Source: Paraspadella gotoi (taxonomy: Eukaryota; Animalia; Chaetognatha). Taken from it: a DNA stretch of 64,000 nucleotides. Position numbers and translations under genes: made by a program. The notes beneath the pieces are model-generated. The model ran no database searches. It was not told where the DNA came from and was given only the letters and a program-made list of their open reading frames with translations. This document shows, piece by piece, positions 63,244 through 64,000 of the stretch (position 1 is the first letter of the stretch; each line of letters begins with the position of its first letter). The stretch is taken from positions 1,354,262 through 1,418,261 of the forward strand of contig JBJCIZ010000744.1 in NCBI GenBank assembly GCA_051294375.1, given 5' to 3'.

Positions 63244-64000
63244 ATGGACATAAAATACGAGGTTTTCGACGAGGAATTGGAGGAAGTCGTCCTCGAAGGA
63301 AAAGACGCCGCCGACCAACCACTCGACGGCGAGATCGATCGATGGACGCTCTTGGAGCGCCGCCTTGAAAACTTTCGTCGAAAAGAGGGGCCAGTTGCTG
63401 AAGGGCGACGATACAGAAGTAGACGATTGACTCCGGAAGATGAAGATGGGATTTTGACTCCGGAAGATAAATCCCGTGGACTCGGAATGTCGGAGGAAGG
63501 TCGAACGAATTCTCTTTGCGGAGAATCGATGAGAGATGAAATCTGGCGCACCCAACCCGAATATTCCGTTCGAGAGTACAAAGACCGGCGATCTCCAAGC
63601 GGAAGGTCAACTACTGAAGATGATCGCCGGCGATCGCGAGGAAGACGGTTTACTCCTGAAGATGTACGTCGGCACTCCTTGAGCAGACATTCAACCACTC
63701 CGAGCAGATATTTATCGGTAGACAATGAAATCTGGCGAAGCAGATCCAGATATTCTAGTCCAGATGATAAACGACGTCGCTCTCGAAGCAGGGAGTCAAC
63801 TCCAGATAAATACCGGCACACCTCAAGTAGACGGTCGACGCAATGGACTCAACGCCGAGAATCTCCAAGCAGACAATCGACGACGGTAGATAAAACCCTT
63901 CGTGAGAGATCCAGATTTTCTTCTCCGGAGGATGAGCGACGGAACCTTCGAGGCGGAGAGTCGACGCGAGTGGACGAGCGACGCCGAAGCGGACCTTCTT
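63244..64000 (+). CDS. 5' part of an Arg/Ser/Glu-rich protein; frame runs off the window (absent from the ORF track)
   Basis: ATG at 63244, MDIKYEVFDEELEEVVLEGKD..RRRSRSRESTPDK; no stop seen to the window end. Confidence 0.65.
   Translation, partial: MDIKYEVFDEELEEVVLEGKDAADQPLDGEIDRWTLLERRLENFRRKEGPVAEGRRYRSRRLTPEDEDGILTPEDKSRGLGMSEEGRTNSLCGESMRDEIWRTQPEYSVREYKDRRSPSGRSTTEDDRRRSRGRRFTPEDVRRHSLSRHSTTPSRYLSVDNEIWRSRSRYSSPDDKRRRSRSRESTPDKYRHTSSRRSTQWTQRRESPSRQSTTVDKTLRERSRFSSPEDERRNLRGGESTRVDERRRSGPS

Overview
AT-rich, intron-containing eukaryotic (very probably invertebrate animal) genomic DNA with GC-rich exons; not prokaryotic. 1-24 kb is structurally redundant and indel-rich: an ~8 kb fold-back palindrome centred on an N-gap carries two mirror copies of the 3' exons of a TRPM-type channel, and an overlapping ~9 kb head-to-tail duplication (5661-15006 / 15007-24026) follows; both may be assembly or amplification artefacts. 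24.4-27.2 kb is a decayed, apparently intronless receptor tyrosine-phosphatase-like gene (sushi + Ca-EGF + TM + PTP) broken by an inverted duplication. From 28.4 kb six genes run co-directionally with short spacers: CCT2, STOML2 (two duplicated last exons), a YLPM1-like low-complexity gene lacking the kinase domain, RNASEH2A, a YtcJ-like amidohydrolase and the 5' end of an RS-rich gene; each has a splice-acceptor-like site upstream of its ATG (candidate operon with SL trans-splicing). Introns hold a tRNA-derived SINE family, a hAT MITE with an 8-bp TSD and two Penelope-type minimal hammerhead motifs. All exon models and homology calls were read by eye; no searches were run.
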